A stretch of 64,000 nucleotides of DNA, from NCBI GenBank assembly GCA_050246875.1, contig JBFWVF010000012.1, positions 11,375 to 75,374 on the forward strand, read 5' to 3'. How positions within the stretch are numbered: position 1 is the first letter of the stretch; every line of letters begins with the position of its first letter. Source of the stretch: Alphaproteobacteria bacterium. Lineage in GTDB: Bacteria > Pseudomonadota > Alphaproteobacteria > UBA6615. The notes below the pieces were generated by a model. That model was not told the origin of the DNA. It saw only the letters and a program-made list of their open reading frames with translations, and did no database searches. Below are positions 51,403 to 60,951 of this stretch, in pieces. Position numbers and translations under genes: made by a program.

Positions 51403-51425
51403 GAGGGTGTCGAAGGGAACCGATC

Positions 51426-52304
51426 ATGTCCGACAAACTCACAGTCCGCGACTACTTCAAGCGTTTCCCTGATGAGGACGCTTGCCTCCTGCATGTGATG
51501 GAAGTCCGCTACGGGCTCCGTCACGTCTGCGGCCACTGTGGGAAGGACGCGACCTTTCATCGGCTGGCGAAGCGCAAGGCGTTCTCCTGCGCGGCCTGTG
51601 GCGCGCACGTCTACCCGTGCGCCGGGACGGTTTTCGAGGATAGCCGGACCCCGCTGCAACTCTGGTTCTATGCCATCTACCTGTTCGTCACGACGCGCCA
51701 CGGTGTCAGCGGCAAGGAACTGCAGCGTCAGCTTGGCGTGACGTACAAGACGGCTTGGCGGATGGGCCACCAAATCCGCGACCTGATGAACAAGGCCGAT
51801 GGCTTCGCCATGCTGCGCGGCCACGTCGAACTTGATGAGGCGTATGTCGGCGGCCGGCGCAGCGGTGGCAAGCGCGGGCGCGGCGCGCCGGGCAAGACCA
51901 TCGTATTCGGCATGGTCGAGCGTGGCGGCCGGATGGCGGCGGAAGTGATCCCGAACATCAAGAAGTCGACGCTTCGCGAGGCGACGCTTCGCAACGTCGA
52001 GCCCGGCTCGCTGGTGTCGACCGATGAACTGATGAGTTACGGCTTACTGGACGGCGACGGCTACAAGCACGGCACGGTCGCGCACGGCCAGAAGGACTAT
52101 GCCCATTACGACTATCGCCACGACGCGGTGCACCACGTCAACAGCGTCGAGTCGTTCTGGCGGGTGTTCAAGCAGTCGGTAACGTCGACACATATCCATG
52201 TGTCGGAGCGGCACATGAACCGTTATCTCAACGAGTTCGCTTTCCGCTCAAATCATCGGGCGATGCAGAACGCGATGTTCGATCTTCTGATCGGCGCTGT
52301 CTGA
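51426..52304 (+). CDS. IS1595 family (ISXO2-like) DDE transposase
   Basis: Zn ribbon CGHC..CAAC, GVSGKELQRQLGVTYKTAWRM HTH, ELDEAYVGG, STDE, NSVESFW, YLNEFAFR. Confidence 0.95.
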   Translation: MSDKLTVRDYFKRFPDEDACLLHVMEVRYGLRHVCGHCGKDATFHRLAKRKAFSCAACGAHVYPCAGTVFEDSRTPLQLWFYAIYLFVTTRHGVSGKELQRQLGVTYKTAWRMGHQIRDLMNKADGFAMLRGHVELDEAYVGGRRSGGKRGRGAPGKTIVFGMVERGGRMAAEVIPNIKKSTLREATLRNVEPGSLVSTDELMSYGLLDGDGYKHGTVAHGQKDYAHYDYRHDAVHHVNSVESFWRVFKQSVTSTHIHVSERHMNRYLNEFAFRSNHRAMQNAMFDLLIGAV

Positions 52305-52431
52305 TCAATCGGCCCAATGCGGCATCAAGGTCGGCGCTATCCGCCGGCCCGACGCCGCGGGCCTCCTCCTGCGCAACAAACTCCGCTATGCGCCCTTCTT
52401 TGATGGCTTGGGCGAGCGTTAACATTCTCAC
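52228..52431 (-). CDS. Small hypothetical passenger protein (67 aa)
   Basis: GTGA overlap with the vapD stop; MLTLAQAIKEGRIAEFVAQEEARG; overlaps the transposase 3' end in antisense. Confidence 0.55.
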   Translation of the reverse strand: MRMLTLAQAIKEGRIAEFVAQEEARGVGPADSADLDAALGRLIRQRRSEDRTSRSASPDDLSGKRTR

Positions 52432-52754
52432 TCAGCGGCAGCGCTGGGCGCCAGCGGCAGCACATAATCGCCAACGGCCGGCATCAGATCGTTGTTGTCC
52501 TCGATCCGCAGCATCCGAATGTCGGTAACACAGGTGCGGAACCAAGGGTGCTTCGCCACAAGCGCTTGAACTGCAAGCACACACTTCACGGCGTCGATCT
52601 TGTCCGAGCTGGCAAAGTAGACGCTTCCCTGTTGGCGCTCAAAGCCGTGCTCTTCAAGAACGCGTCGAATGTCCTCATAGGCATTGCGCCCGTAGCTACC
52701 AGGGTGGTGCTTGTCGAGAAGTTCGGTATCCAGGTCAAAGACGATGGCGTGCAT
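52428..52754 (-). CDS. vapD: Virulence-associated protein D (VapD, Cas2-like endoribonuclease)
   Basis: MHAIVFDLDT..L, AYEDIRRVL..HGF..QQGSVY, PWF..CVTDIRMLRIEDNNDLMP; GGAG SD. Confidence 0.88.
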   Translation of the reverse strand: MHAIVFDLDTELLDKHHPGSYGRNAYEDIRRVLEEHGFERQQGSVYFASSDKIDAVKCVLAVQALVAKHPWFRTCVTDIRMLRIEDNNDLMPAVGDYVLPLAPSAAAE

Positions 52755-53145
52755 GCGCCGGCTCCATTGCATGGAGTTGGGTAGGTGCGAGCCGGTGCAT
52801 TCAACGGGGACGGGCGCTAGGGCTGACGACGATGTGTTTGCCGGCGAGCCGGTCAACACACGAAATTTCCGCCGGGTCTTGTGCCTCATGAAGGCAAAAT
52901 GAGTCCGGCCGCGCGGCGGTGTCAACGAGAAAACACCGCACCGCACAATGATCTGGCCTAGCCTGTCCGGGTTGGTTATCATGCGTCCCGGCGGAGGAGA
53001 CGCCGCCCCGACGCTCGAAAGAGCATCAGGGCGGCGGCCCCGATCAGCCTAACAAGGCTGGCGGTATGTTACGAACCATGGCCTCGCCTCCTTTCGTCAG
53101 GGCTCTGTGCGCGTGGCAGTTCTCAGGCTGGTTCACGCGACACAC

Positions 53146-53679
53146 TCAGGATGCTGAAGCGGCGGACGATTCGTGGTCGTCCGCCGTTTCGTTTCCTCCC
53201 GTCTGATTCCCGCTAGGCTCCGCGTCTAGCTGCACACCGGCAGCGACGGCTCCTGTTGGGGTAACTCGAAACCGTCCGGGCATTGTACGCTCGACTAGGC
53301 CCTGCTCGCTGTAAATATGCATTTGCGAGCGGATGGTTGTTTTCTGTGTCTGAGTTCCGTACTGAGCGCACAGCCTCTCAATATCTGACAACGAAAAGTC
53401 GCGCGGGTATCGGGCCGACATGGCCGCGATGACAGATTTCCATAGCTCGGACAAGCCTCTACGACGATCCGAGCCGGCGCTAGATGGCGCAGGCTCAGGT
53501 TGCACAACGGGCTCCTGATCCGCGCCAAGGAGGACTTTCGTTGCTTCCTCGAAGCCGCGCAGTTCGGCCTCTAGGGTTTCAACGCGCTTCTGCGCAGCAA
53601 TGACCGAACGACGCGCCGATTCGACCGCGCGCCGCTTGGCTTCTAGCTGCTGTTGAAGGCTGGTGGGCAGGTTCGTCAT
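53146..53679 (-). CDS. Hypothetical passenger protein (N-terminal coiled coil, C-terminal winged-helix-like); start uncertain
   Basis: Heptad-rich LQQQLEAKRR...LEAELRGFEEA; FSLSDIERL...TIRSQMHIYSEQGLVER..PGRFRVT. Confidence 0.6.
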   Translation of the reverse strand: MTNLPTSLQQQLEAKRRAVESARRSVIAAQKRVETLEAELRGFEEATKVLLGADQEPVVQPEPAPSSAGSDRRRGLSELWKSVIAAMSARYPRDFSLSDIERLCAQYGTQTQKTTIRSQMHIYSEQGLVERTMPGRFRVTPTGAVAAGVQLDAEPSGNQTGGNETADDHESSAASAS

Positions 53680-54086
53680 GCGACGGACTCTGGCAGAGTC
53701 CATCGGCAAATACAACGGTACAACGCACGGGAATTTTGTCCCAAAACGGGGCGTTAAACGGCGTTGTTAAATCAAACGCCCGATGGATCGGACGGCGCTT
53801 ATATCGAAACTGTCGATATAACCATCAAACTGTTGGGGCTTAAGGGCCGAATCGCGGTCCCGTGCGTCAAGGGGATAATCCCGTTCTGTTAAGAATGGAC
53901 CTCTGAAACTTACAGAAAATCCGAAGGTCAATCGTCTACTGAAGTTATGAGCGCCCGTTCGACTGCCTGCGGGTCGCGCTCCATCACGCGGAGCAGAATG
54001 CGCGCTGCGACATCGGCACACGCCTGCCCTGCTCCCAGCCGTGTCCCAGCCGTGGAAAGGCTTACACATAGATCATAGAATTGAAA

Positions 54087-54716
54087 CTAACTATTATGTT
54101 CCGCGAATAGCTTGTCAAAAATATCGTCGGCCCCCCACGCTTGTGCGGAAGTGAAGGCCAATCGTCTTTTCTGATCGTCATCCAGAGATTCCACTCCCGA
54201 CTTATAGCCGATATCGTGCTCTGCCTCAGACCAAGCGTGCTGAAATAAAGTCTTTATCTGGAGCTCAAAAAAACTTGGGACCGATTTTCGATCAATCTTC
54301 CTGTCTATTACGTCGTTTGGTAAAATCAATATATGATGATAACCAAAATAGCCAAACTTCCAAACTGACTCAGGTATATGGCGCCTGTGCTCTATCGTGC
54401 GAAAATATTTCTTTATAATTTTATCAATCCTAACGACATCTGAAAGATAAAAAGTTACGATTCGGCATCCTATTTGATCCTGAATCTCATTGAATGGATC
54501 GATGTACTTTCGCTTACCATCTTCCTCCTTCATCGCCTTGGCGACAAAACTTTCTACACCTTTAGATCGCGATGAAACACGATCTATTCTAGGACAGCCA
54601 ACTAAAAAGCTTTCAATATGCTGTCGCAGCGCCTCAGCAATTGGCATTAAAGCAGATTCGCGCCTTCTCCTGTATTCACCCTCGATGTATTCAGCGCTGA
54701 GACTTGAGTTTATCAT
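54087..54716 (-). CDS. RelA/SpoT synthetase-domain protein (small alarmone synthetase-like)
   Basis: RSKGVESFVAK, DQIGCRI, GYFGYH, ELQIKTLFQHAWSEAEHDIGYK; no HD/TGS/ACT domains; AT-rich. Confidence 0.88.
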   Translation of the reverse strand: MINSSLSAEYIEGEYRRRRESALMPIAEALRQHIESFLVGCPRIDRVSSRSKGVESFVAKAMKEEDGKRKYIDPFNEIQDQIGCRIVTFYLSDVVRIDKIIKKYFRTIEHRRHIPESVWKFGYFGYHHILILPNDVIDRKIDRKSVPSFFELQIKTLFQHAWSEAEHDIGYKSGVESLDDDQKRRLAFTSAQAWGADDIFDKLFAEHNS

Positions 54717-55707
54717 CTATAACTTTTCCCTTCGTGGTATATACGACATTTTTCTTTGATCCATCCTCGTATTTCTTATCAAATATTTTTTCAAACTCTG
54801 ACGCCTTGGCCGTCATAAGCGCGCCGTTGTCTAGTTCGACTGACCTATACGCAACGAAATTTCCGAACTCTGCGACATCCAATTGGAAAACCTCGTTGGC
54901 GATTTCTGGATTTTTTAACTCACTAATCAGGGCACCCCTCGCTTCCTTGGAAAGATTAAACCGCTCCGCAAATCCAATAATACTTATGCTCTGTCCGCCC
55001 AACCCTCTCGCCAACCTGCTTGCGGCGATGAGTTCTTCTTTCACTTCCATAGGAGCTTTCTTCACCGCGTCACGTAGTGCGATTCCTAGCCGACGGGAGC
55101 CAGCCGCAGCTGTCGTCACAAACTCGGACATTAAAAAATTTCTTATCCAATAATCGGACAGGTGGTCGTTTCCGTTGCTAATCTGCCTATCGACGGCTTT
55201 GCCTCGCCAAAAGCCACGCTTAAGTGATGAATCATTGTAAAGAGCCGCCTTATAGGAAGTTTTATTTTTCATGAAAACCCGCTCAAGGAACTCCACAGTA
55301 AACTCTGTCGATTTTTCGTCAACGAGGATTGCACTATCAGTAGGAAAGCGAGATATCACTATTTTATGTTGATCAGCCTCCCTCCCTGAGATCAGAAAAA
55401 GCAACCCCAATCCAGATCGACGGTCGGTCATATCTTGCAGACGCTCAGCGATAGTTTGAGCTGATGGAATACTTAGGTCGCTCAGATATTTAACAAGGAG
55501 GGACCGAAACTCGTTTTTCTGCTCCCCTTCTGAGGTCGGACGAAAATTTATGTGGATATCGCATTCCTCTTCAGATCTCTCGTAAATGCCATTTAACAGT
55601 TTGAATAGATTACCAGACAGCGGAACAGCCGTTCCGCTGACAGCGATCTTTTCCCGCCGAGCTTTTCCCGGGCTTACAAGGAATGCGTGAATTTGTTGGA
55701 TTGGCAA
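54691..55707 (-). CDS. Hypothetical protein (338 aa), overlapping and upstream of the RelA/SpoT gene
   Basis: Long uninterrupted ORF in AT-rich DNA, TTG start, 26-nt overlap with the synthetase gene. Confidence 0.8.
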   Translation of the reverse strand: MPIQQIHAFLVSPGKARREKIAVSGTAVPLSGNLFKLLNGIYERSEEECDIHINFRPTSEGEQKNEFRSLLVKYLSDLSIPSAQTIAERLQDMTDRRSGLGLLFLISGREADQHKIVISRFPTDSAILVDEKSTEFTVEFLERVFMKNKTSYKAALYNDSSLKRGFWRGKAVDRQISNGNDHLSDYWIRNFLMSEFVTTAAAGSRRLGIALRDAVKKAPMEVKEELIAASRLARGLGGQSISIIGFAERFNLSKEARGALISELKNPEIANEVFQLDVAEFGNFVAYRSVELDNGALMTAKASEFEKIFDKKYEDGSKKNVVYTTKGKVIDDKLKSQR

Positions 55708-55802
55708 TTCGGCGCCCCCCGCGCTTAATTACGCATACTGCTACCTATCCGTGCAAGTAGAAGATATTTCAGCTCCGCCTAAAGATTAGGGCCGCTTTGG
55801 CG

Positions 55803-56047
55803 CTAGGCGGTGACTTCGGGCAGCTGGACGGCGGCCAGAAGGGTGAACGGCCGAGCCGCAACAGGCGCCGTCCTTCGCCTTCGCGACGGATCATGCCAAC
55901 GCGATCGAGATATTCGAGTATCTCGACAGACACGTTGCGGTCGATGCGCACGACAAGGCGGAGACGCCCGGCACGGCGCAGCACCGACATGACGCGCTCG
56001 GGCTCGGCGCACAGCAGCTTGGCGATCTCTTTGGCGACCGGCAACGC
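55803..56047 (-). pseudogene. Degenerate duplicate of the selB 3' end
   Basis: [31 protein letters not shown] / [24 protein letters not shown] matches the SelB C-terminus (56475-56831), with a 114-bp deletion and a terminal frameshift. Confidence 0.85.
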
Positions 56048-56425
56048 TCAGCCCTTGTCGATCTCGCCGCCGGCATCGAGCCAGCCCTTGAAGCCGCCGA
56101 GGTTGCGCACGTTGGCGTAGCCCATGTCCTTCAGCGTCCTGCCGGCGAGCGCGGAGCGGCCGCCCGACGCGCAGTAGGCGACGATCGTCTTGGCACGATC
56201 GAACGCCGCGTCATGCAGCGGCGAGGCCGGATCGGCCCGGAACTCGAGCAGGCCCCTGGGCACGGCGACGGCGCCACGAACCTTGCCGGAGGCCGCGATC
56301 TCGGCCGACTCACGGACATCGAGAAACAGCACGTCGGGCCGTCCGACCAGGCCCTTGGCGTCGTCGGGGCTGATGCGCGGCACCGCGGCTTCGGCTTCAG
56401 CCAGCATCGCCTGAACCGTCTTCAT
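56048..56425 (-). CDS. Single-domain rhodanese (sulfurtransferase)
   Basis: LDVRE, VPRGLLEF.AD, YCASGGRS, NLGGFKGW; SD AGGGAG. Confidence 0.92.
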   Translation of the reverse strand: MKTVQAMLAEAEAAVPRISPDDAKGLVGRPDVLFLDVRESAEIAASGKVRGAVAVPRGLLEFRADPASPLHDAAFDRAKTIVAYCASGGRSALAGRTLKDMGYANVRNLGGFKGWLDAGGEIDKG

Positions 56426-56474
56426 GCTCAGTCTCCCTGTAGGTCCGTTACGCCCTGCACCGGTGCAAGGCGTC

Positions 56475-58400
56475 CTATCCGGCAACCTCCGGCTGTTGCG
56501 CGGCGGCGAGCAGAGAGGACGCCGGGCGCAGCAGGCGCCTTCCCTCGCCTTCGCGGCGGGTCATGCCGACGCGGTCGAGATACTCGAGAATCTCGACCGA
56601 GAGATTGCGGCCGATGCCCAGTTCGTCGCGGAAATTCGTCGGCTGCAGATTGCCTGCGCGTGCCAGCCGCTCCGCCGTCCGCGCCCATTGCGCGGCGGTT
56701 TCCGTCGGCGCGAAGCGGTTGCGGCCGATGCGCACGACGAGGCCGAGACGCTCGGCACGGCGCAGCACCGACATGACACGCTCGGGCTGCGCGCGCAGCA
56801 GCTTGGCGATCTCGTTGGCGACCGGCGGCGCGTTGCCGGCGGCCTCGAACAGCGGCTCGATGTCGCGCCACAGCGCGGCGTCGGCGGCCTGCAACGCCGG
56901 CCTGTGCGTCGGAAGACGCCACCACGGCCCGGTCGCGTCGACCTTGTTCTCGCCCCGCAACGCGTCGAGCACCGCCGCGACGACGGCCGGGCCGGCGGGA
57001 CCGCCGGCGGTGCGCCGCAGCGTGCCGGCATCCGGCCCGAGACGATCCGGCTGGCCCTTGTGGGCCATCGCCAGTGCCGCCAGCAGGCGGGTGCCGAGAT
57101 CCTGCCAGTGGCGCGGCGCCAGCGCCACGCCGCCGGCCCGTTGCATCGGCACGCTGGCCATCAGGGCGTCGCGCGCGGCGCCATCGAGATTGCGCGCCAG
57201 GAAGAAGCGATCGAGGTCGACGCCGCCGGGCGTGGCATCGAGCAGGCCCGCGAGCGCCGTCGCGGGATCGCCTTCGGCCAATGCCGCCAGCGCCGCCAGA
57301 CGGTCGCTGCGCGCCCGACCGCGCGGCGGCGGGAACGGATCGACGATGCGCCCGCCGGCCAGCGTCTGCCGCCCAGACTGGTCGCGCAGCACGAAGCGGT
57401 CGCCGGCGAGCAGCCCGGCCGGACGGTCGAGCGCCAGGCGCACCAGCCCTTCGCCGCCGGGCGCGAGGCTCGGCCCGCCCAGCACCCAGGCGCGCGCCGG
57501 AATGTCGCCGGCGCCATGATGCAGGTGGACGGGCGTGCCGTCGGCGAAGACGCGCGTCGCGTCAGCCGGCACGCGGGCCAGCACGTCGGCGCGGTCGGTC
57601 GGCGCGTGCAGGTCGGCGGCGACGAGCCAGTCGCCGCGCGTGATGCCGGCCTTCTCGAGCCCGGCGGCGACGATGTTGACGGCGCAGCGGTCGCCCGCCT
57701 GGCCGCTCTCGGCCTTGCGGTCCTGCACGTGCAGGCCGCGCACCCGCACCTCGATGCCGGCGGGGCTCAGCATCAGGCGATCGCCGACGGCGACGCGCCC
57801 CGAATAGGCCGTGCCGGTGACGACGAGGCCGGCGCCGGCGAGCGTGAAGGCGCGGTCGATCGACAGGCGGAAGCCACCGCGGGCGGAACGTGACGGCAGC
57901 GCTGCCGCCGTGGCCGCAAGATGCGCGGAGAGTTCCGGAATGCCGTCGCCGGCGATGGCCGATACCGGGAAGACCGGCGATCCGGCCAGCGCGGTCGGCG
58001 CCAGCATGTCCTCGATCTGCCCCCTCACCTCGGCGACGCGCTCGGGCGGCACGCGGTCGATCTTGGTCAGCGCGACGACGCCGCGCGAGATGCCGAGCAG
58101 GTCGATGATGCCGAGATGCTCGCGCGTCTGCGGCATCGGCCCGTCGTCGGCGGCGACGATCAGCAGCACCGTATCGACGCCGGCGACACCGGCGACCATG
58201 GCGCGCACGAAGCGCTCGTGGCCGGGCACATCGACGATGCCGAGCACCGTGCCGTCGGGCAGCGCCGTGTAGGCGAAGCCGAGATCGATGGTCATGCCGC
58301 GCCGCTTCTCCTCCGGCAGGCGGTCGGCGTCGACGCCGGTCAGGGCACGCACCAGAGCGGTCTTGCCGTGGTCGATATGGCCGGCGGTGGCGATGATCAT
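56475..58400 (-). CDS. selB: Selenocysteine-specific translation elongation factor
   Basis: [41 protein letters not shown]-terminal [20 protein letters not shown]. Confidence 0.96.
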   Translation of the reverse strand: MIIATAGHIDHGKTALVRALTGVDADRLPEEKRRGMTIDLGFAYTALPDGTVLGIVDVPGHERFVRAMVAGVAGVDTVLLIVAADDGPMPQTREHLGIIDLLGISRGVVALTKIDRVPPERVAEVRGQIEDMLAPTALAGSPVFPVSAIAGDGIPELSAHLAATAAALPSRSARGGFRLSIDRAFTLAGAGLVVTGTAYSGRVAVGDRLMLSPAGIEVRVRGLHVQDRKAESGQAGDRCAVNIVAAGLEKAGITRGDWLVAADLHAPTDRADVLARVPADATRVFADGTPVHLHHGAGDIPARAWVLGGPSLAPGGEGLVRLALDRPAGLLAGDRFVLRDQSGRQTLAGGRIVDPFPPPRGRARSDRLAALAALAEGDPATALAGLLDATPGGVDLDRFFLARNLDGAARDALMASVPMQRAGGVALAPRHWQDLGTRLLAALAMAHKGQPDRLGPDAGTLRRTAGGPAGPAVVAAVLDALRGENKVDATGPWWRLPTHRPALQAADAALWRDIEPLFEAAGNAPPVANEIAKLLRAQPERVMSVLRRAERLGLVVRIGRNRFAPTETAAQWARTAERLARAGNLQPTNFRDELGIGRNLSVEILEYLDRVGMTRREGEGRRLLRPASSLLAAAQQPEVAG

Positions 58401-59809
58401 GCCGGCGCATCCAGCGCGGCGAGGGTGGCGAGGAAGCCGGCCTCGTCTTCGAGCACGCGCAGGTCGAGCAGCAGCGCGCCATCGGCGATGCGGCCGATCA
58501 CCGGCGCCGGCAGGCCGCGCAGCGCCGCCGCCAGGCGGTCGAGCGCGCGCCCGCCGCCCTTGGCGGACGCCGGGCGGATGGCCAGAGCGGCGCTCGGCAA
58601 AGCCTCGACCGGCAGCGCGCCGGAGCCGATCTGGCTCGCGCAGGGCACCACCGCCACCGTCCAGTCGCGCCCCAGGCGCGCCTGCACGCGCGGCGCCAGG
58701 CGCTCGGCGGCAGCGCGGATGTCGGCCTGCGGCCGCGCCAACAGGCGCAGCGCCGGCAGGCGGGCGGCGAGGCGGTCGGGATCGCGGTAGAGCGCGAGCA
58801 CGGCGGCCAGCGCGGCGATGGTCAGCTTGCCGAGACGCAGCGAGCGCTTGAGCGGGTTCTTCGCCAGCCGCGCCATCAGGTCCTTGCGGCCGACGACGAG
58901 GCCGGCCTGCGGCCCGCCGAGCAGCTTGTCGCCACTGAAGGTGACGAGGTCGGCGCCGGCCTTCAGCGTGTCCGTCACCGTCGGTTCCGGCGGCAGGCCC
59001 CAGCGGGCGAGATCGACGAGGCTGCCCGAGCCGAGGTCCGAGGCGAAGGGAATGCCGTGCTTGCGCGCGATGCCGGCGAGGGTCACCTCATCGACCGACG
59101 CCGTGAAGCCCTCGATGCGGTAGTTGCTGGTGTGGACCTTGAGCAGCAGCGCCGTCTTCGGGCCGATCGCGCTCTCGTAGTCGCGTGCATGGGTGCGGTT
59201 CGTCGTGCCGACCTCGACCAGCCTGGCGCCAGCCCGCGCCATGATGTCGGGCAGCCGGAAAGCACCACCGATCTCGATCAGCTCGCCGCGCGAGACCACG
59301 ACCTCCTTGCCGCGCGCCAGCGTATTGAGCAGCAGCAGCAGGGCGGCGGCGTTGTTGTTGACGGCGACGGTCGCTTCGGCCCCGGTCAGTTCGCGCAGCA
59401 GGTCGGCGATGTGATCGTCGCGTTCGCCGCGCTTGCCGCTGGCGAGGTCGAATTCGAGGTTGGCGGCGCCGCGCGCGACGGCGGCGATGGCCGCCACCGC
59501 CTCCTCGGGCAGCGGCGCGCGGCCGAGATTGGTGTGCAGCACTGTGCCGGTGAGGTTGAACACCGGCCGCAGCGACGGCACGGCGGCGCGGGCCAGCGCG
59601 GCCGCCGCGCGCGCCGCGATGGCGTCATCGCCGGCCACGGCCGCCTCGCCCGCCGCCACGGCACGGCGCAAGGCGGCGAGCTCGGCGCGCAGCGCCGTGG
59701 TCACCGGCACGCGGCCGTGCTCGGCGACCAGCGCCGCCACCGCCGGCAGGGCGAGCAGGCGGTCGACGGACGGGATGGCGGCGTATGCCGTGCGCTCGCT
59801 GTCGGGCAT
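58397..59809 (-). CDS. selA: L-seryl-tRNA(Sec) selenium transferase
   Basis: [58 protein letters not shown]. Confidence 0.96.
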   Translation of the reverse strand: MPDSERTAYAAIPSVDRLLALPAVAALVAEHGRVPVTTALRAELAALRRAVAAGEAAVAGDDAIAARAAAALARAAVPSLRPVFNLTGTVLHTNLGRAPLPEEAVAAIAAVARGAANLEFDLASGKRGERDDHIADLLRELTGAEATVAVNNNAAALLLLLNTLARGKEVVVSRGELIEIGGAFRLPDIMARAGARLVEVGTTNRTHARDYESAIGPKTALLLKVHTSNYRIEGFTASVDEVTLAGIARKHGIPFASDLGSGSLVDLARWGLPPEPTVTDTLKAGADLVTFSGDKLLGGPQAGLVVGRKDLMARLAKNPLKRSLRLGKLTIAALAAVLALYRDPDRLAARLPALRLLARPQADIRAAAERLAPRVQARLGRDWTVAVVPCASQIGSGALPVEALPSAALAIRPASAKGGGRALDRLAAALRGLPAPVIGRIADGALLLDLRVLEDEAGFLATLAALDAPA

Positions 59810-59817
59810 GTCCGGGA

Positions 59818-60951
59818 TCAGCCGAAGCGGATGACCTGGCGGATGGCGGCGCCATCGGCCAGACGGTCGAAGCCGGCATTGATGTCGTCGAGGCGGATGT
59901 AGTCGCTGAGCACCCGCTCCACCGGCAGCCGGCCGGCCTCGTTCAGCGCGATGTAGCGCGGGATGTCGCGCGCCGGCACGCAGCTGCCCATGTAGCTGCC
60001 CTTGAGCGTCCGTTCCTCGCCGACCAGCGAGACCTGCTGCACGGAGACCTTGCGGTCGGGATGGGCGAGCCCGGCGGTCACCGTGGTGCCGCCCCGCGCC
60101 GTGACGGCATAGGCGAGTTCGACCGCGGGCGCCGCACCGGCCGTCTCCACCGCCACGTCGACGCCGCCGCCCGTCGCCGCCTTCACCTGTTCGACGACAT
60201 CGGTGGCGCGCGCGTCGAAGGCGGCCGTCGCGCCGAGCTGGCGCGCCAGTTCGAGCTTGCGCGGATCGAGGTCGAGCGCCACCACCTGCGACGCGCCGGC
60301 GGCGAGCCCGCCGAGCAGCGCGTTGAGGCCGACGCCGCCCATGCCGACGACGGCGAGCTTCTGCCCGGCCTTCAGCCCGCCGGTATTGAGCGCCGCCCCG
60401 ACGCCGGTGATGACGGCGCAGCCGAACAGCGCCGCCTTGTCGAGCGGCAGGCGCTTGTGGACCTTGACCAGCGAGCGGCGCGAGACGACACAACGCTCGG
60501 CGAAGCAGGAGACGCCGACGAGGTGATTGACCGGCTTGCCGTTCCACGACAGGCGACGCGCGCCGGTGATCAGCGTGCCGGCGACATTGGCCTTCGCCGC
60601 CGCCGTACACAGGGCCGGCCGGCCCTCCATGCAGGGCACGCAGGCGCCACAGCCGGGCACGAAGACCATGACGACGTGGTCGCCCGGCGCCAGGTCGTCT
60701 GGCCCGATACCCGTGCCGACCGCCTCGACGACGCCGGCGCCCTCGTGGCCCAGCACCATCGGCACGGGACGCGGCCGGTTGCCGTCGATGGCCGAGAGGT
60801 CGGAATGGCAGAGGCCGGCCGCCTCGACGCGCACCAGCACCTCGCCCGGCCCCGGCGCCTCGAGATCGAGTTCGACCAATTCCAGCGGACGGCTCTCGGC
60901 GTAGGGGCGCTTGCGGCCCATTTCCACCAGCACGGCGGCGCGCGTCTTCAT
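59818..60951 (-). CDS. Zinc-dependent alcohol dehydrogenase
   Basis: GLCHSD, GHEGAG, CGAC..C...[17 protein letters not shown]. Confidence 0.92.
   Translation of the reverse strand: MKTRAAVLVEMGRKRPYAESRPLELVELDLEAPGPGEVLVRVEAAGLCHSDLSAIDGNRPRPVPMVLGHEGAGVVEAVGTGIGPDDLAPGDHVVMVFVPGCGACVPCMEGRPALCTAAAKANVAGTLITGARRLSWNGKPVNHLVGVSCFAERCVVSRRSLVKVHKRLPLDKAALFGCAVITGVGAALNTGGLKAGQKLAVVGMGGVGLNALLGGLAAGASQVVALDLDPRKLELARQLGATAAFDARATDVVEQVKAATGGGVDVAVETAGAAPAVELAYAVTARGGTTVTAGLAHPDRKVSVQQVSLVGEERTLKGSYMGSCVPARDIPRYIALNEAGRLPVERVLSDYIRLDDINAGFDRLADGAAIRQVIRFG

Larger units (their letters stand above)
51361..53883 (+). mobile_element. IS1595-family insertion sequence with passenger genes (2523 bp)
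   Basis: IRL 51361-51383 CGGGATTATCCCCTTGAAGCACG and IRR 53861-53883 match at 22/23; 8-bp direct repeat TTCTGTTA at 51353-51360 and 53884-53891. Confidence 0.95.
51193..53906 (+). pseudogene. Possible 60-aa ORF interrupted by the IS1595 element (51193-51360 + 53892-53906)
   Basis: Removing the IS and one TSD joins ...YIFWFQKESDAIAFLL to RMDL*. Confidence 0.4.

Noticed and set aside
52428-52754. Cas2 / CRISPR-Cas system
   Set aside because: The motifs fit VapD; I saw no repeat-spacer array or other cas genes in the window.
53767-54069. 100-aa minus-strand ORF
   Set aside because: It spans the IS right end and TSD, so it is a chance junction ORF.
47698-55800. Integrase-mediated island at the selC 3' end
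   Set aside because: No integrase and no duplicated tRNA 3' end were seen, and selD directly follows the tRNA.
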